A DNA stretch of 64,000 nucleotides, taken from NCBI GenBank assembly GCA_964057225.1, contig OZ059894.1:12772001-12836000 (forward strand). The letters run 5' to 3'. The notes below the pieces were generated by a model that saw only the letters and a program-made list of their open reading frames with translations, was not told where the DNA came from and searched no databases. This document shows, in pieces, positions 1 to 13,300 of the stretch; within the stretch, counting starts at the first letter, position 1; every line of letters starts with the position of its first letter. The DNA comes from Auanema rhodensis (lineage: Eukaryota > Animalia > Nematoda). The position numbers were made by a program, and so were the translations under genes.

Positions 1-3000
1 ACTATTGTAAAAATATGAGATTGTTTCAAAATACGTGATTAAATGAAGAAAATGGAGTAAAATGAATTGGAAAATTATAAAATATTTTCATGTTTTATTT
101 CTTGAGTTTCAAAATATTCAAACTTTTTTTTTTCACTGTTTAAAATCTTAATTAACGAATGAATTGTTTCAAAACTATTGTAAAAATATGAGATTGTTTC
201 AAAATACGTGATTAAATGAAGAAAATGGAGTAAAATGAATTGGAAAATTATAAAATATTTCCATGTTTTATTTTTATAGTATCAGAAAATTCAAATTAAG
301 ATCGTTTTTAATGTTTCAAATCTCAATGAACGAATGAATTGTTTCAAAACTATTGTAAAAATATGAGATTGTTTCAAAATACGTGATTAAATGAAGAAAA
401 TGGAGCAAAATGAATTGGAAAATTATAAAATATTTTCATGTTTTATTTCTTGAGTATCAAAATATTTAAACTTTTTTTTTTCACTGTTTAAAATCTTAAT
501 GAACGAATGAATTGTTTCAAAACTATTGTAAAAATATGAGATTGTTTCAAAATACGTGATTAAATGAAGAAAATGGAGTAAAATGAATTGGAAAATTATA
601 AAATATTTTCATGTTTTATTTCTTGAGTTTCAAAATATTCAAACTTTTTTTTTTCACTGTTTAAAGTCTTACAGAACGAATGAATTGTTTCAAAACTATT
701 GTAAAAATTTGAGATTGTTTCAAAATACGTGATTAAATGAAGAAAATGGAGTAAAATGAATTGGAAAATTATAAAATATTTCCATGTTTTATTTTCTTAG
801 TATCAGAAAATTCGAATTAAGATCGTTTTCAATGTTTCAAATCTTAATGAACGAATTAATTGTTTCAAAACTATTGTAAAAATATGAGATTGTTTCAAAA
901 TACGTGATTAAATGAAGAAAATGGAGTAAAATGAATTGGAAAATTATAAAATATTTCCATGTTTTATTTTCTTAGTATCAGAAAATTCAAATTAAGATCG
1001 TTTTCAATGTTTCAAATCTTAATGAACGAATTAATCGTTTCAAAACTATTGTAAAAATATGAGATTGTTTCAAAATACGTGATTAAATGAAGAAAATGGA
1101 GTAAAATGAATTGGAAAATTATAAAATATTTTCATGTTTTATTTCTTGAGTTTCAAAATATTCAAACTTTTTTTTTTCACTGTTTAAAATCTTAATTAAC
1201 GAATGAATTGTTTCAAAACTATTGTAAAAATATGAGATTGTTTCAAAATACGTGATTAAATGAAGAAAATGGAGTAAAATGAATTGGAAAATTATAAAAT
1301 ATTTTCATGTTTTATTTCTTGAGTTTCAAAATATTCAAACTTTTTTTTTTCACTGTTTAAAATCTTACAGAACGAATGAATTGTTTCAAAACTATTGTAA
1401 AAATTTGAGATTGTTTCAAAATACGTGATTAAATGAAGAAAATGGAGTAAAATGAATTGGAAAATTATAAAATATTTCCATGTTTTATTTTCTTAGTATC
1501 AGAAAATTCGAATTAAGATCGTTTTCAATGTTTCAAATCTTAATGAACGAATTAATTGTTTCAAAACTATTGTAAAAATATGAGATTGTTTCAAAATACG
1601 TGATTAAATGAAGAAAATGGAGTAAAATGAATTGGAAAATTATAAAATATTTCCATGTTTTATTTTCTTAGTATCAGAAAATTCAAATTAAGATCGTTTT
1701 CAATGTTTCAAATCTTAATGAACGAATTAATCGTTTCAAAACTATTGTAAAAATATGAGATTGTTTCAAAATACGTGATTAAATGAAGAAAATAGAGTAA
1801 AATGAATTGGAATATTATAAAATATTTTCATGTTTTATTTCTTGAGTATCAAAATATTCAAACTTTTTTTTTTCACTGTTTAAAATCTTAATGAACGAAT
1901 GAATTGTTTCAAAACTATTGTAAAAATATGAGATTGTTTCAAAATACGTGATTAAATGAAGGAAATGGAGTAAAATGAATTGGAAAATTATAAAATATTT
2001 TCATGTTTTATTTCTTGAGTTTCAAAATATTCAAACTTTTTTTTTTCACTGTTTAAAATCTTAATGAACGAATGAATTGTTTCAAAACTATTGTAAAAAT
2101 TTGAGATTGTTTCAAAATACGTGATTAAATGAAGAAAATGGAGTAAAATGAATTGGAAAATTATGAAATATTTCCATGTTTTATTTTTTTAGTATCAGAA
2201 AATTCAAATTAAGATCGTTTTTAATGTTTCAAATCTCAATGAACGAATGAATTGTTTCAAAACTATTGTAAAAATATGAGATTGTTTCAAAATACGTGAT
2301 TAAATGAAGAAAATGGAGCAAAATGAATTGGAAAATTATAAAATATTTTCATGTTTTATTTCTTGAGTATCAAAATATTTAAACTTTTTTTTTTCACTGT
2401 TTAAAATCTTAATGAACGAATGAATTGTTTCAAAACTATTGTAAAAATATGAGATTGTTTCAAAATACGTGATTAAATGAAGAAAATGGAGTAAAATGAA
2501 TTGGAAAATTATAAAATATTTTCATGTTTTATTTCTTGAGTTTCAAAATATTCAAACTTTTTTTTTTCACTGTTTAAAATCTTACAGAACGAATGAATTG
2601 TTTCAAAACTATTGTAAAAATTTGAGATTGTTTCAAAATACGTGATTAAATGAAAAAAATGGAGTAAAATGAATTGGAAAATTATAAAATATTTCCATGT
2701 TTTATTTTCTTAGTATCAGAAAATTCGAATTAAGATCGTTTTCAATGTTTCAAATCTTAATGAACGAATTAATTGTTTCAAAACTATTGTAAAAATATGA
2801 GATTGTTTCAAAATACGTGATTAAATGAAGAAAATGGAGTAAAATGAATTGGAAAATTATAAAATATTTCCATGTTTTATTTTCTTAGTATCAGAAAATT
2901 CAAATTAAGATCGTTTTCAATGTTTCAAATCTTAATGAACGAATTAATCGTTTCAAAACTATTGTAAAAATATGAGATTGTTTCAAAATACGTGATTAAA

Positions 3001-4177
3001 TGAAGAAAATAGAGTAAAATGAATTGGAATATTATAAAATATTTTCATGTTTTATTTCTTGAGTATCAAAATATTCAAACTTTTTTTTTTCACTGTTTAA
3101 AATCTTAATGAACGAATGAATTGTTTCAAAACTATTGTAAAAATTTGAGATTGTTTCAAAATTTGTGATTAAATGAAGAAAATGGAGTAAAATGAATTGG
3201 AAAATTATAAAATATTTTCATTTTTTATTTCTTGAGTATCAAAATATTCAAAATTATATCTTTTTTACTGTTAAAAACATTATTAACTGGATGATTTGTT
3301 TGGAAATTATTGTAAAAATATGAGATTGTTTCAAAATACGTGATTAAATGAAGAAAATGGAGCAAAATGAATTGGAAAATTATAAAATATTTTCATGTTT
3401 TATTTCTTGAGTATCAAAATATTTAAACTTTTTTTTTTCACTGTTCAAAATCTTACAGAACGAATGAATTGTTTCAAAACTATTGTAAAAATTTGAGATT
3501 GTTTCAAAATTTGTGATTAAATGAAGAAAATGGAGTAAAATGAATTGGAAAATTATAAAATATTTCCATGTTTTATTTTTTTAGTATCAGAAAATTCAAA
3601 TTAAGATCGTTTTTAATGTTTCAAATCTCAATGAACGAATGAATTGTTTCAAAACTATTGTAAAAATATGAGATTGTTTCAAAATACGTGATTAAATGAA
3701 GAAAATGGAGTAAAATGAATTGGAAAATTATAAAATATTTTCATGTTTTATTTCTTGAGTTTCAAAATATTCAAACTTTTTTTTTTCACTGTTTAAAATC
3801 TTAATGAACGAATGAATTGTTTCAAAACTATTGTAAAAATTTGAGATTGTTTCAAAATACGTGATTTAATGAAGAAAATAGAGTAAAATGAATTGGAAAA
3901 TTATAAAATATTTTCATGTTTTATTTTTTTAGTATCAGAAAATTCAAATTAAGATCGTTTTTAATGTTTCAAATCTTAATGAACGAATGAATTGTTTCAA
4001 AACTATTGTAAAAATATGAGATTGTTTCAAAATACGTGATTAAATGAAGAAAATGGAGTAAAATGAATTGGAAAATTATGAAATATTTTCATTTTTTATT
4101 TCTTGAGTATCAAAATATTCAAAATTATATCTTTTTTACTGTTAAAAACATTATTAACTGGATGATTTGTTTGGAAA

Positions 4178-7100
4178 TTATTGTAAAAATATGAGATTGT
4201 TTCAAAATACGTGATTAAATGAAGAAAATGGAGCAAAATGAATTGGAAAATTATAAAATATTTTCATGTGTTATTTCTTGAGTATCAAAATATTTAAACT
4301 TTTTTTTTTCACTGTTTAAAATCTTACAGAACGAATGAATTGTTTCAAAACTATTGTAAAAATTTGAGATTGTTTCAAAATTTGTGATTAAATGAAGAAA
4401 ATGGAGTAAAATGAATTGGAAAATTATAAAATATTTCCATGTTTTATTTTCTTAGTATCAGAAAATTCAAATTAAGATCGTTTTTAATGTTTCAAATCTT
4501 AATGAACGAATGAATTGTTTCAAAACTATTGTAAAAATATGAGATTGTTTCAAAATACGTGATTAAATGAAGAAAATGGAGTAAAATGAATTGGAAAATT
4601 ATAAAATATTTCCATGTTTTATTTTCTTAGTATCAGAAAATTCAAATTAAGATCGTTTTTAATGTTTCAAATCTTAATGAACGAATGAATTGTTTCAAAA
4701 CTATTGTAAAAATATGAGATTAATTCAAAATACGTGATTAAATGAAGAAAATGGAGTAAAATGAATTGGAAAATTATAAAATATTTTCATGTTTTATTTC
4801 TTGAGTTTCAAAATATTCAAACTTTTTTTTTTCACTGTTTAAAATCTTAATGAACGAATGAATTGTTTCAAAACTATTGTAAAAATATGAGATTGTTTCA
4901 AAATACGTGATTAAATGAAGAAAATGGAGTAAAATGAATTGGAAAATTATAAAATATTTTCATGTTTTATTTCTTGAGTTTCAAAATATTCAAACTTTTT
5001 TTTTTCACTGTTTAAAATCTTAATTAACGAATGAATTGTTTCAAAACTATTGTAAAAATATGAGATTGTTTCAAAATACGTGATTAAATGAAGAAAATGG
5101 AGTAAAATGAATTGGAAAATTATAAAATATTTCCATGTTTTATTTTTTTAGTATCAGAAAATTCAAATTAAGATCGTTTTTAATGTTTCAAATCTCAATG
5201 AACGAATGAATTGTTTCAAAACTATTGTAAAAATATGAGATTGTTTCAAAATACGTGATTAAATGAAGAAAATGGAGCAAAATGAATTGGAAAATTATAA
5301 AATATTTTCATGTTTTATTTCTTGAGTATCAAAATATTTAAACTTTTTTTTTTCACTGTTTAAAATCTTAATGAACGAATGAATTGTTTCAAAACTATTG
5401 TAAAAATATGAGATTGTTTCAAAATACGTGATTAAATGAAGAAAATGGAGTAAAATGAATTGGAAAATTATAAAATATTTTCATGTTTTATTTCTTGAGT
5501 TTCAAAATATTCAAACTTTTTTTTTTCACTGTTTAAAATCTTACAGAACGAATGAATTGTTTCAAAACTATTGTAAAAATTTGAGATTGTTTCAAAATAC
5601 GTGATTAAATGAAGAAAATGGAGTAAAATGAATTGGAAAATTATAAAATATTTCCATGTTTTATTTTCTTAGTATCAGAAAATTCGAATTAAGATCGTTT
5701 TCAATGTTTCAAATCTTAATGAACGAATTAATTGTTTCAAAACTATTGTAAAAATATGAGATTGTTTCAAAATACGTGATTAAATGAAGAAAATGGAGTA
5801 AAATGAATTGGAAAATTATAAAATATTTCCATGTTTTATTTTTTTAGTATCAGAAAATTCAAATTAAGATCGTTTTTAATGTTTCAAATCTCAATGAACG
5901 AATGAATTGTTTCAAAACTATTGTAAAAATATGAGATTGTTTCAAAATACGTGATTAAATGAAGAAAATGGAGTAAAATGAATTGGAAAATTATAAAATA
6001 TTTTCATGTTTTATTTCTTGAGTTTCAAAATATTCAAACTTTTTTTTTTCACTGTTTAAAATCTTAATGAACGAATGAATTGTTTCAAAACTATTGTAAA
6101 AATATGAGATTGTTTCAAAATACGTGATTAAATGAAGAAAATGGAGTAAAATGAATTGGAAAATTATAAAATATTTCCATGTTTTATTTTCTTAGTATCA
6201 GAAAATTCAAATTAAGATCGTTTTCAATGTTTCAAATCTTAATGAACGAATTAATCGTTTCAAAACTATTGTAAAAATATGAGATTGTTTCAAAATACGT
6301 GATTAAATGAAGAAAATAGAGTAAAATGAATTGGAATATTATAAAATATTTTCATGTTTTATTTCTTGAGTATCAAAATATTCAAACTTTTTTTTTTCAC
6401 TGTTTAAAATCTTAATGAACGAATGAATTGTTTCAAAACTATTGTAAAAATATGAGATTGTTTCAAAATACGTGATTAAATGAAGGAAATGGAGTAAAAT
6501 GAATTGGAAAATTATAAAATATTTTCATGTTTTATTTCTTGAGTTTCAAAATATTCAAACTTTTTTTTTTCACTGTTTAAAATCTTGATGAACGAATGAA
6601 TTGTTTCAAAACTATTGTAAAAATTTGAGATTGTTTCAAAATACGTGATTAAATGAAGAAAATGGAGTAAAATGAATTGGAAAATTATAAAATATTTCCA
6701 TGTTTTATTTTTTTAGTATCAGAAAATTCAAATTAAGATCGTTTTTAATGTTTCAAATCTCAATGAACGAATGAATTGTTTCAAAACTATTGTAAAAATA
6801 TGAGATTGTTTCAAAATACGTGATTAAATGAAGAAAATGGAGTAAAATGAATTGGAAAATTATAAAATATTTTCATGTTTTATTTCTTGAGTTTCAAAAT
6901 ATTCAAACTTTTTTTTTTCACTGTTTAAAATCTTAATGAACGAATGAATTGTTTCAAAACTATTGTAAAAATTTGAGATTGTTTCAAAATACGTGATTTA
7001 ATGAAGAAAATAGAGTAAAATGAATTGGAAAATTATAAAATATTTTCATGTTTTATTTTTTTAGTATCAGAAAATTCAAATTAAGATCGTTTTTAATGTT

Positions 7101-7309
7101 TCAAATCTTAATGAACGAATGAATTGTTTCAAAACTATTGTAAAAATATGAGATTGTTTCAAAATACGTGATTAAATGAAGAAAATGGAGTAAAATGAAT
7201 TGGAAAATTATAAAATATTTTCATTTTTTATTTCTTGAGTATCAAAATATTCAAAATTATATCTTTTTTACTGTTAAAAACATTATTAACTGGATGATTT
7301 GTTTGGAAA
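4178..7309. repeat. One complete copy of the canonical 18-monomer HOR (9A + 8B + 1C = 3132 bp)
   Basis: The class-C marker GGATG lies at 4160 and 7292 (3132 apart) and again at 41395 and 44527 (3132 apart). The order of diagnostic variants is the same in both copies: A-B-B-A-A-B-A-A-B-B-A-B-A-A-B-A-B-C. Confidence 0.9.
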
Positions 7310-10300
7310 TTATTGTAAAAATATGAGATTGTTTCAAAATACGTGATTAAATGAAGAAAATGGAGCAAAATGAATTGGAAAATTATAAAATATTTTCATG
7401 TTTTATTTCTTGAGTATCAAAATATTTAAACTTTTTTTTTTCACTGTTTAAAATCTTACAGAACGAATGAATTGTTTCAAAACTATTGTAAAAATTTGAG
7501 ATTGTTTCAAAATTTGTGATTAAATGAAGAAAATGGAGTAAAATGAATTGGAAAATTATAAAATATTTCCATGTTTTATTTTCTTAGTATCAGAAAATTC
7601 AAATTAAGATCGTTTTTAATGTTTCAAATCTTAATGAACGAATGAATTGTTTCAAAACTATTGTAAAAATATGAGATTGTTTCAAAATACGTGATTAAAT
7701 GAAGAAAATGGAGTAAAATGAATTGGAAAATTATAAAATATTTCCATGTTTTATTTTCTTAGTATCAGAAAATTCAAATTAAGATCGTTTTTAATGTTTC
7801 AAATCTTAATGAACGAATGAATTGTTTCAAAACTATTGTAAAAATATGAGATTAATTCAAAATACGTGATTAAATGAAGAAAATGGAGTAAAATGAATTG
7901 GAAAATTATAAAATATTTTCATGTTTTATTTCTTGAGTTTCAAAATATTCAAACTTTTTTTTTTCACTGTTTAAAATCTTAATGAACGAATGAATTGTTT
8001 CAAAACTATTGTAAAAATATGAGATTGTTTCAAAATACGTGATTAAATGAAGAAAATGGAGTAAAATGAATTGGAAAATTATAAAATATTTTCATGTTTT
8101 ATTTCTTGAGTTTCAAAATATTCAAACTTTTTTTTTTCACTGTTTAAAATCTTAATTAACGAATGAATTGTTTCAAAACTATTGTAAAAATATGAGATTG
8201 TTTCAAAATACGTGATTAAATGAAGAAAATGGAGTAAAATGAATTGGAAAATTATAAAATATTTCCATGTTTTATTTTTTTAGTATCAGAAAATTCAAAT
8301 TAAGATCGTTTTTAATGTTTCAAATCTCAATGAACGAATGAATTGTTTCAAAACTATTGTAAAAATATGAGATTGTTTCAAAATACGTGATTAAATGAAG
8401 AAAATGGAGTAAAATGAATTGGAAAATTATAAAATATTTTCATGTTTTATTTCTTGAGTTTCAAAATATTCAAACTTTTTTTTTTCACTGTTTAAAATCT
8501 TACAGAACGAATGAATTGTTTCAAAACTATTGTAAAAATTTGAGATTGTTTCAAAATACGTGATTAAATGAAGAAAATGGAGTAAAATGAATTGGAAAAT
8601 TATAAAATATTTCCATGTTTTATTTTCTTAGTATCAGAAAATTCGAATTAAGATCGTTTTCAATGTTTCAAATCTTAATGAACGAATTAATTGTTTCAAA
8701 ACTATTGTAAAAATATGAGATTGTTTCAAAATACGTGATTAAATGAAGAAAATGGAGTAAAATGAATTGGAAAATTATAAAATATTTCCATGTTTTATTT
8801 TTTTAGTATCAGAAAATTCAAATTAAGATCGTTTTTAATGTTTCAAATCTCAATGAACGAATGAATTGTTTCAAAACTATTGTAAAAATATGAGATTGTT
8901 TCAAAATACGTGATTAAATGAAGAAAATGGAGTAAAATGAATTGGAAAATTATAAAATATTTTCATGTTTTATTTCTTGAGTTTCAAAATATTCAAACTT
9001 TTTTTTTTCACTGTTTAAAATCTTAATGAACGAATGAATTGTTTCAAAACTATTGTAAAAATATGAGATTGTTTCAAAATACGTGATTAAATGAAGAAAA
9101 TGGAGTAAAATGAATTGGAAAATTATAAAATATTTCCATGTTTTATTTTCTTAGTATCAGAAAATTCAAAATAAGATCGTTTTCAATGTTTCAAATCTTA
9201 ATGAACGAATTAATCGTTTCAAAACTATTGTAAAAATATGAGATTGTTTCAAAATACGTGATTAAATGAAGAAAATAGAGTAAAATGAATTGGAATATTA
9301 TAAAATATTTTCATGTTTTATTTCTTGAGTATCAAAATATTCAAACTTTTTTTTTTCACTGTTTAAAATCTTAATGAACGAATGAATTGTTTCAAAACTA
9401 TTGTAAAAATATGAGATTGTTTCAAAATACGTGATTAAATGAAGGAAATGGAGTAAAATGAATTGGAAAATTATAAAATATTTTCATGTTTTATTTCTTG
9501 AGTTTCAAAATATTCAAACTTTTTTTTTTCACTGTTTAAAATCTTAATGAACGAATGAATTGTTTCAAAACTATTGTAAAAATTTGAGATTGTTTCAAAA
9601 TACGTGATTAAATGAAGAAAATGGAGTAAAATGAATTGGAAAATTATAAAATATTTCCATGTTTTATTTTTTTAGTATCAGAAAATTCAAATTAAGATCG
9701 TTTTTAATGTTTCAAATCTCAATGAACGAATGAATTGTTTCAAAACTATTGTAAAAATATGAGATTGTTTCAAAATACGTGATTAAATGAAGAAAATGGA
9801 GTAAAATGAATTGGAAAATTATAAAATATTTTCATGTTTTATTTCTTGAGTTTCAAAATATTCAAACTTTTTTTTTTCACTGTTTAAAATCTTAATGAAC
9901 GAATGAATTGTTTCAAAACTATTGTAAAAATTTGAGATTGTTTCAAAATACGTGATTTAATGAAGAAAATAGAGTAAAATGAATTGGAAAATTATAAAAT
10001 ATTTTCATGTTTTATTTTTTTAGTATCAGAAAATTCAAATTAAGATCGTTTTTAATGTTTCAAATCTTAATGAACGAATGAATTGTTTCAAAACTAATGT
10101 AAAAATATGAGATTGTTTCAAAATACGTGATTAAATGAAGAAAATGGAGTAAAATGAATTGGAAAATTATAAAATATTTTCATTTTTTATTTCTTGAGTA
10201 TCAAAATATTCAAAATTATATCTTTTTTACTGTTAAAAACATTATTAACTGGATGATTTGTTTGGAAATTATTGTAAAAATATGAGATTGTTTCAAAATA

Positions 10301-13300
10301 CGTGATTAAATGAAGAAAATGGAGCAAAATGAATTGGAAAATTATAAAATATTTTCATGTTTTATTTCTTGAGTATCAAAATATTTAAACTTTTTTTTTT
10401 CACTGTTTAAAATCTTACAGAACGAATGAATTGTTTCAAAACTATTGTAAAAATTTGAGATTGTTTCAAAATTTGTGATTAAATGAAGAAAATGGAGTAA
10501 AATGAATTGGAAAATTATAAAATATTTCCATGTTTTATTTTCTTAGTATCAGAAAATTCAAATTAAGATCGTTTTTAATGTTTCAAATCTTAATGAACGA
10601 ATGAATTGTTTCAAAACTATTGTAAAAATATGAGATTGTTTCAAAATACGTGATTAAATGAAGAAAATGGAGTAAAATGAATTGGAAAATTATAAAATAT
10701 TTCCATGTTTTATTTTCTTAGTATCAGAAAATTCAAATTAAGATCGTTTTTAATGTTTCAAATCTTAATGAACGAATGAATTGTTTCAAAACTATTGTAA
10801 AAATATGAGATTGTTTCAAAATACGTGATTAAATGAAGAAAATGGAGTAAAATGAATTGGAAAATTATAAAATATTTTCATGTTTTATTTCTTGAGTTTC
10901 AAAATATTCAAACTTTTTTTTTTCACTGTTTAAAATCTTAATGAACGAATGAATTGTTTCAAAACTATTGTAAAAATTTGAGATTGTTTCAAAATACGTG
11001 ATTTAATGAAGAAAATAGAGTAAAATGAATTGGAAAATTATAAAATATTTTCATGTTTTATTTTTTTAGTATCAGAAAATTCAAATTAAGATCGTTTTTA
11101 ATGTTTCAAATCTTAATGAACGAATGAATTGTTTCAAAACTAATGTAAAAATATGAGATTGTTTCAAAATACGTGATTAAATGAAGAAAATGGAGTAAAA
11201 TGAATTGGAAAATTATAAAATATTTTCATTTTTTATTTCTTGAGTATCAAAATATTCAAAATTATATCTTTTTTACTGTTAAAAACATTATTAACTGGAT
11301 GATTTGTTTGGAAATTATTGTAAAAATATGAGATTGTTTCAAAATACGTGATTAAATGAAGAAAATGGAGCAAAATGAATTGGAAAATTATAAAATATTT
11401 TCATGTTTTATTTCTTGAGTATCAAAATATTTAAACTTTTTTTTTTCACTGTTTAAAATCTTACAGAACGAATGAATTGTTTCAAAACTATTGTAAAAAT
11501 TTGAGATTGTTTCAAAATTTGTGATTAAATGAAGAAAATGGAGTAAAATGAATTGGAAAATTATAAAATATTTCCATGTTTTATTTTCTTAGTATCAGAA
11601 AATTCAAATTAAGATCGTTTTTAATGTTTCAAATCTTAATGAACGAATGAATTGTTTCAAAACTATTGTAAAAAAATGAGATTGTTTCAAAATACGTGAT
11701 TAAATGAAGAAAATGGAGTAAAATGAATTGGAAAATTATAAAATATTTCCATGTTTTATTTTCTTAGTATCAGAAAATTCAAATTAAGATCGTTTTTAAT
11801 GTTTCAAATCTTAATGAACGAATGAATTGTTTCAAAACTATTGTAAAAATATGAGATTAATTCAAAATACGTGATTAAATGAAGAAAATGGAGTAAAATG
11901 AATTGGAAAATTATAAAATATTTTCATGTTTTATTTCTTGAGTTTCAAAATATTCAAACTTTTTTTTTTCACTGTTTAAAATCTTAATGAACGAATGAAT
12001 TGTTTCAAAACTATTGTAAAAATATGAGATTGTTTCAAAATACGTGATTAAATGAAGAAAATGGAGTAAAATGAATTGGAAAATTATAAAATATTTCCAT
12101 GTTTTATTTTCTTAGTATCAGAAAATTCAAATTAAGATCGTTTTTAATGTTTCAAATCTTAATGAACGAATGAATTGTTTCAAAACTATTGTAAAAATAT
12201 GAGATTAATTCAAAATACGTGATTAAATGAAGAAAATGGAGTAAAATGAATTGGAAAATTATAAAATATTTTCATGTTTTATTTCTTGAGTTTCAAAATA
12301 TTCAAACTTTTTTTTTTCACTGTTTAAAATCTTAATGAACGAATGAATTGTTTCAAAACTATTGTAAAAATATGAGATTGTTTCAAAATACGTGATTAAA
12401 TGAAGAAAATGGAGTAAAATGAATTGGAAAATTATAAAATATTTTCATGTTTTATTTCTTGAGTTTCAAAATATTCAAACTTTTTTTTTTCACTGTTTAA
12501 AATCTTAATTAACGAATGAATTGTTTCAAAACTATTGTAAAAATATGAGATTGTTTCAAAATACGTGATTAAATGAAGAAAATGGAGTAAAATGAATTGG
12601 AAAATTATAAAATATTTCCATGTTTTATTTTTTTAGTATCAGAAAATTCAAATTAAGATCGTTTTTAATGTTTCAAATCTCAATGAACGAATGAATTGTT
12701 TCAAAACTATTGTAAAAATATGAGATTGTTTCAAAATACGTGATTAAATGAAGAAAATGGAGCAAAATGAATTGGAAAATTATAAAATATTTTCATGTTT
12801 TATTTCTTGAGTATCAAAATATTTAAACTTTTTTTTTTCACTGTTTAAAATCTTAATGAACGAATGAATTGTTTCAAAACTATTGTAAAAATATGAGATT
12901 GTTTCAAAATACGTGATTAAATGAAGAAAATGGAGTAAAATGAATTGGAAAATTATAAAATATTTTCATGTTTTATTTCTTGAGTTTCAAAATATTCAAA
13001 CTTTTTTTTTTCACTGTTTAAAATCTTACAGAACGAATGAATTGTTTCAAAACTATTGTAAAAATTTGAGATTGTTTCAAAATACGTGATTAAATGAAGA
13101 AAATGGAGTAAAATGAATTGGAAAATTATAAAATATTTCCATGTTTTATTTTCTTAGTATCAGAAAATTCGAATTAAGATCGTTTTCAATGTTTCAAATC
13201 TTAATGAACGAATTAATTGTTTCAAAACTATTGTAAAAATATGAGATTGTTTCAAAATACGTGATTAAATGAAGAAAATGGAGTAAAATGAATTGGAAAA

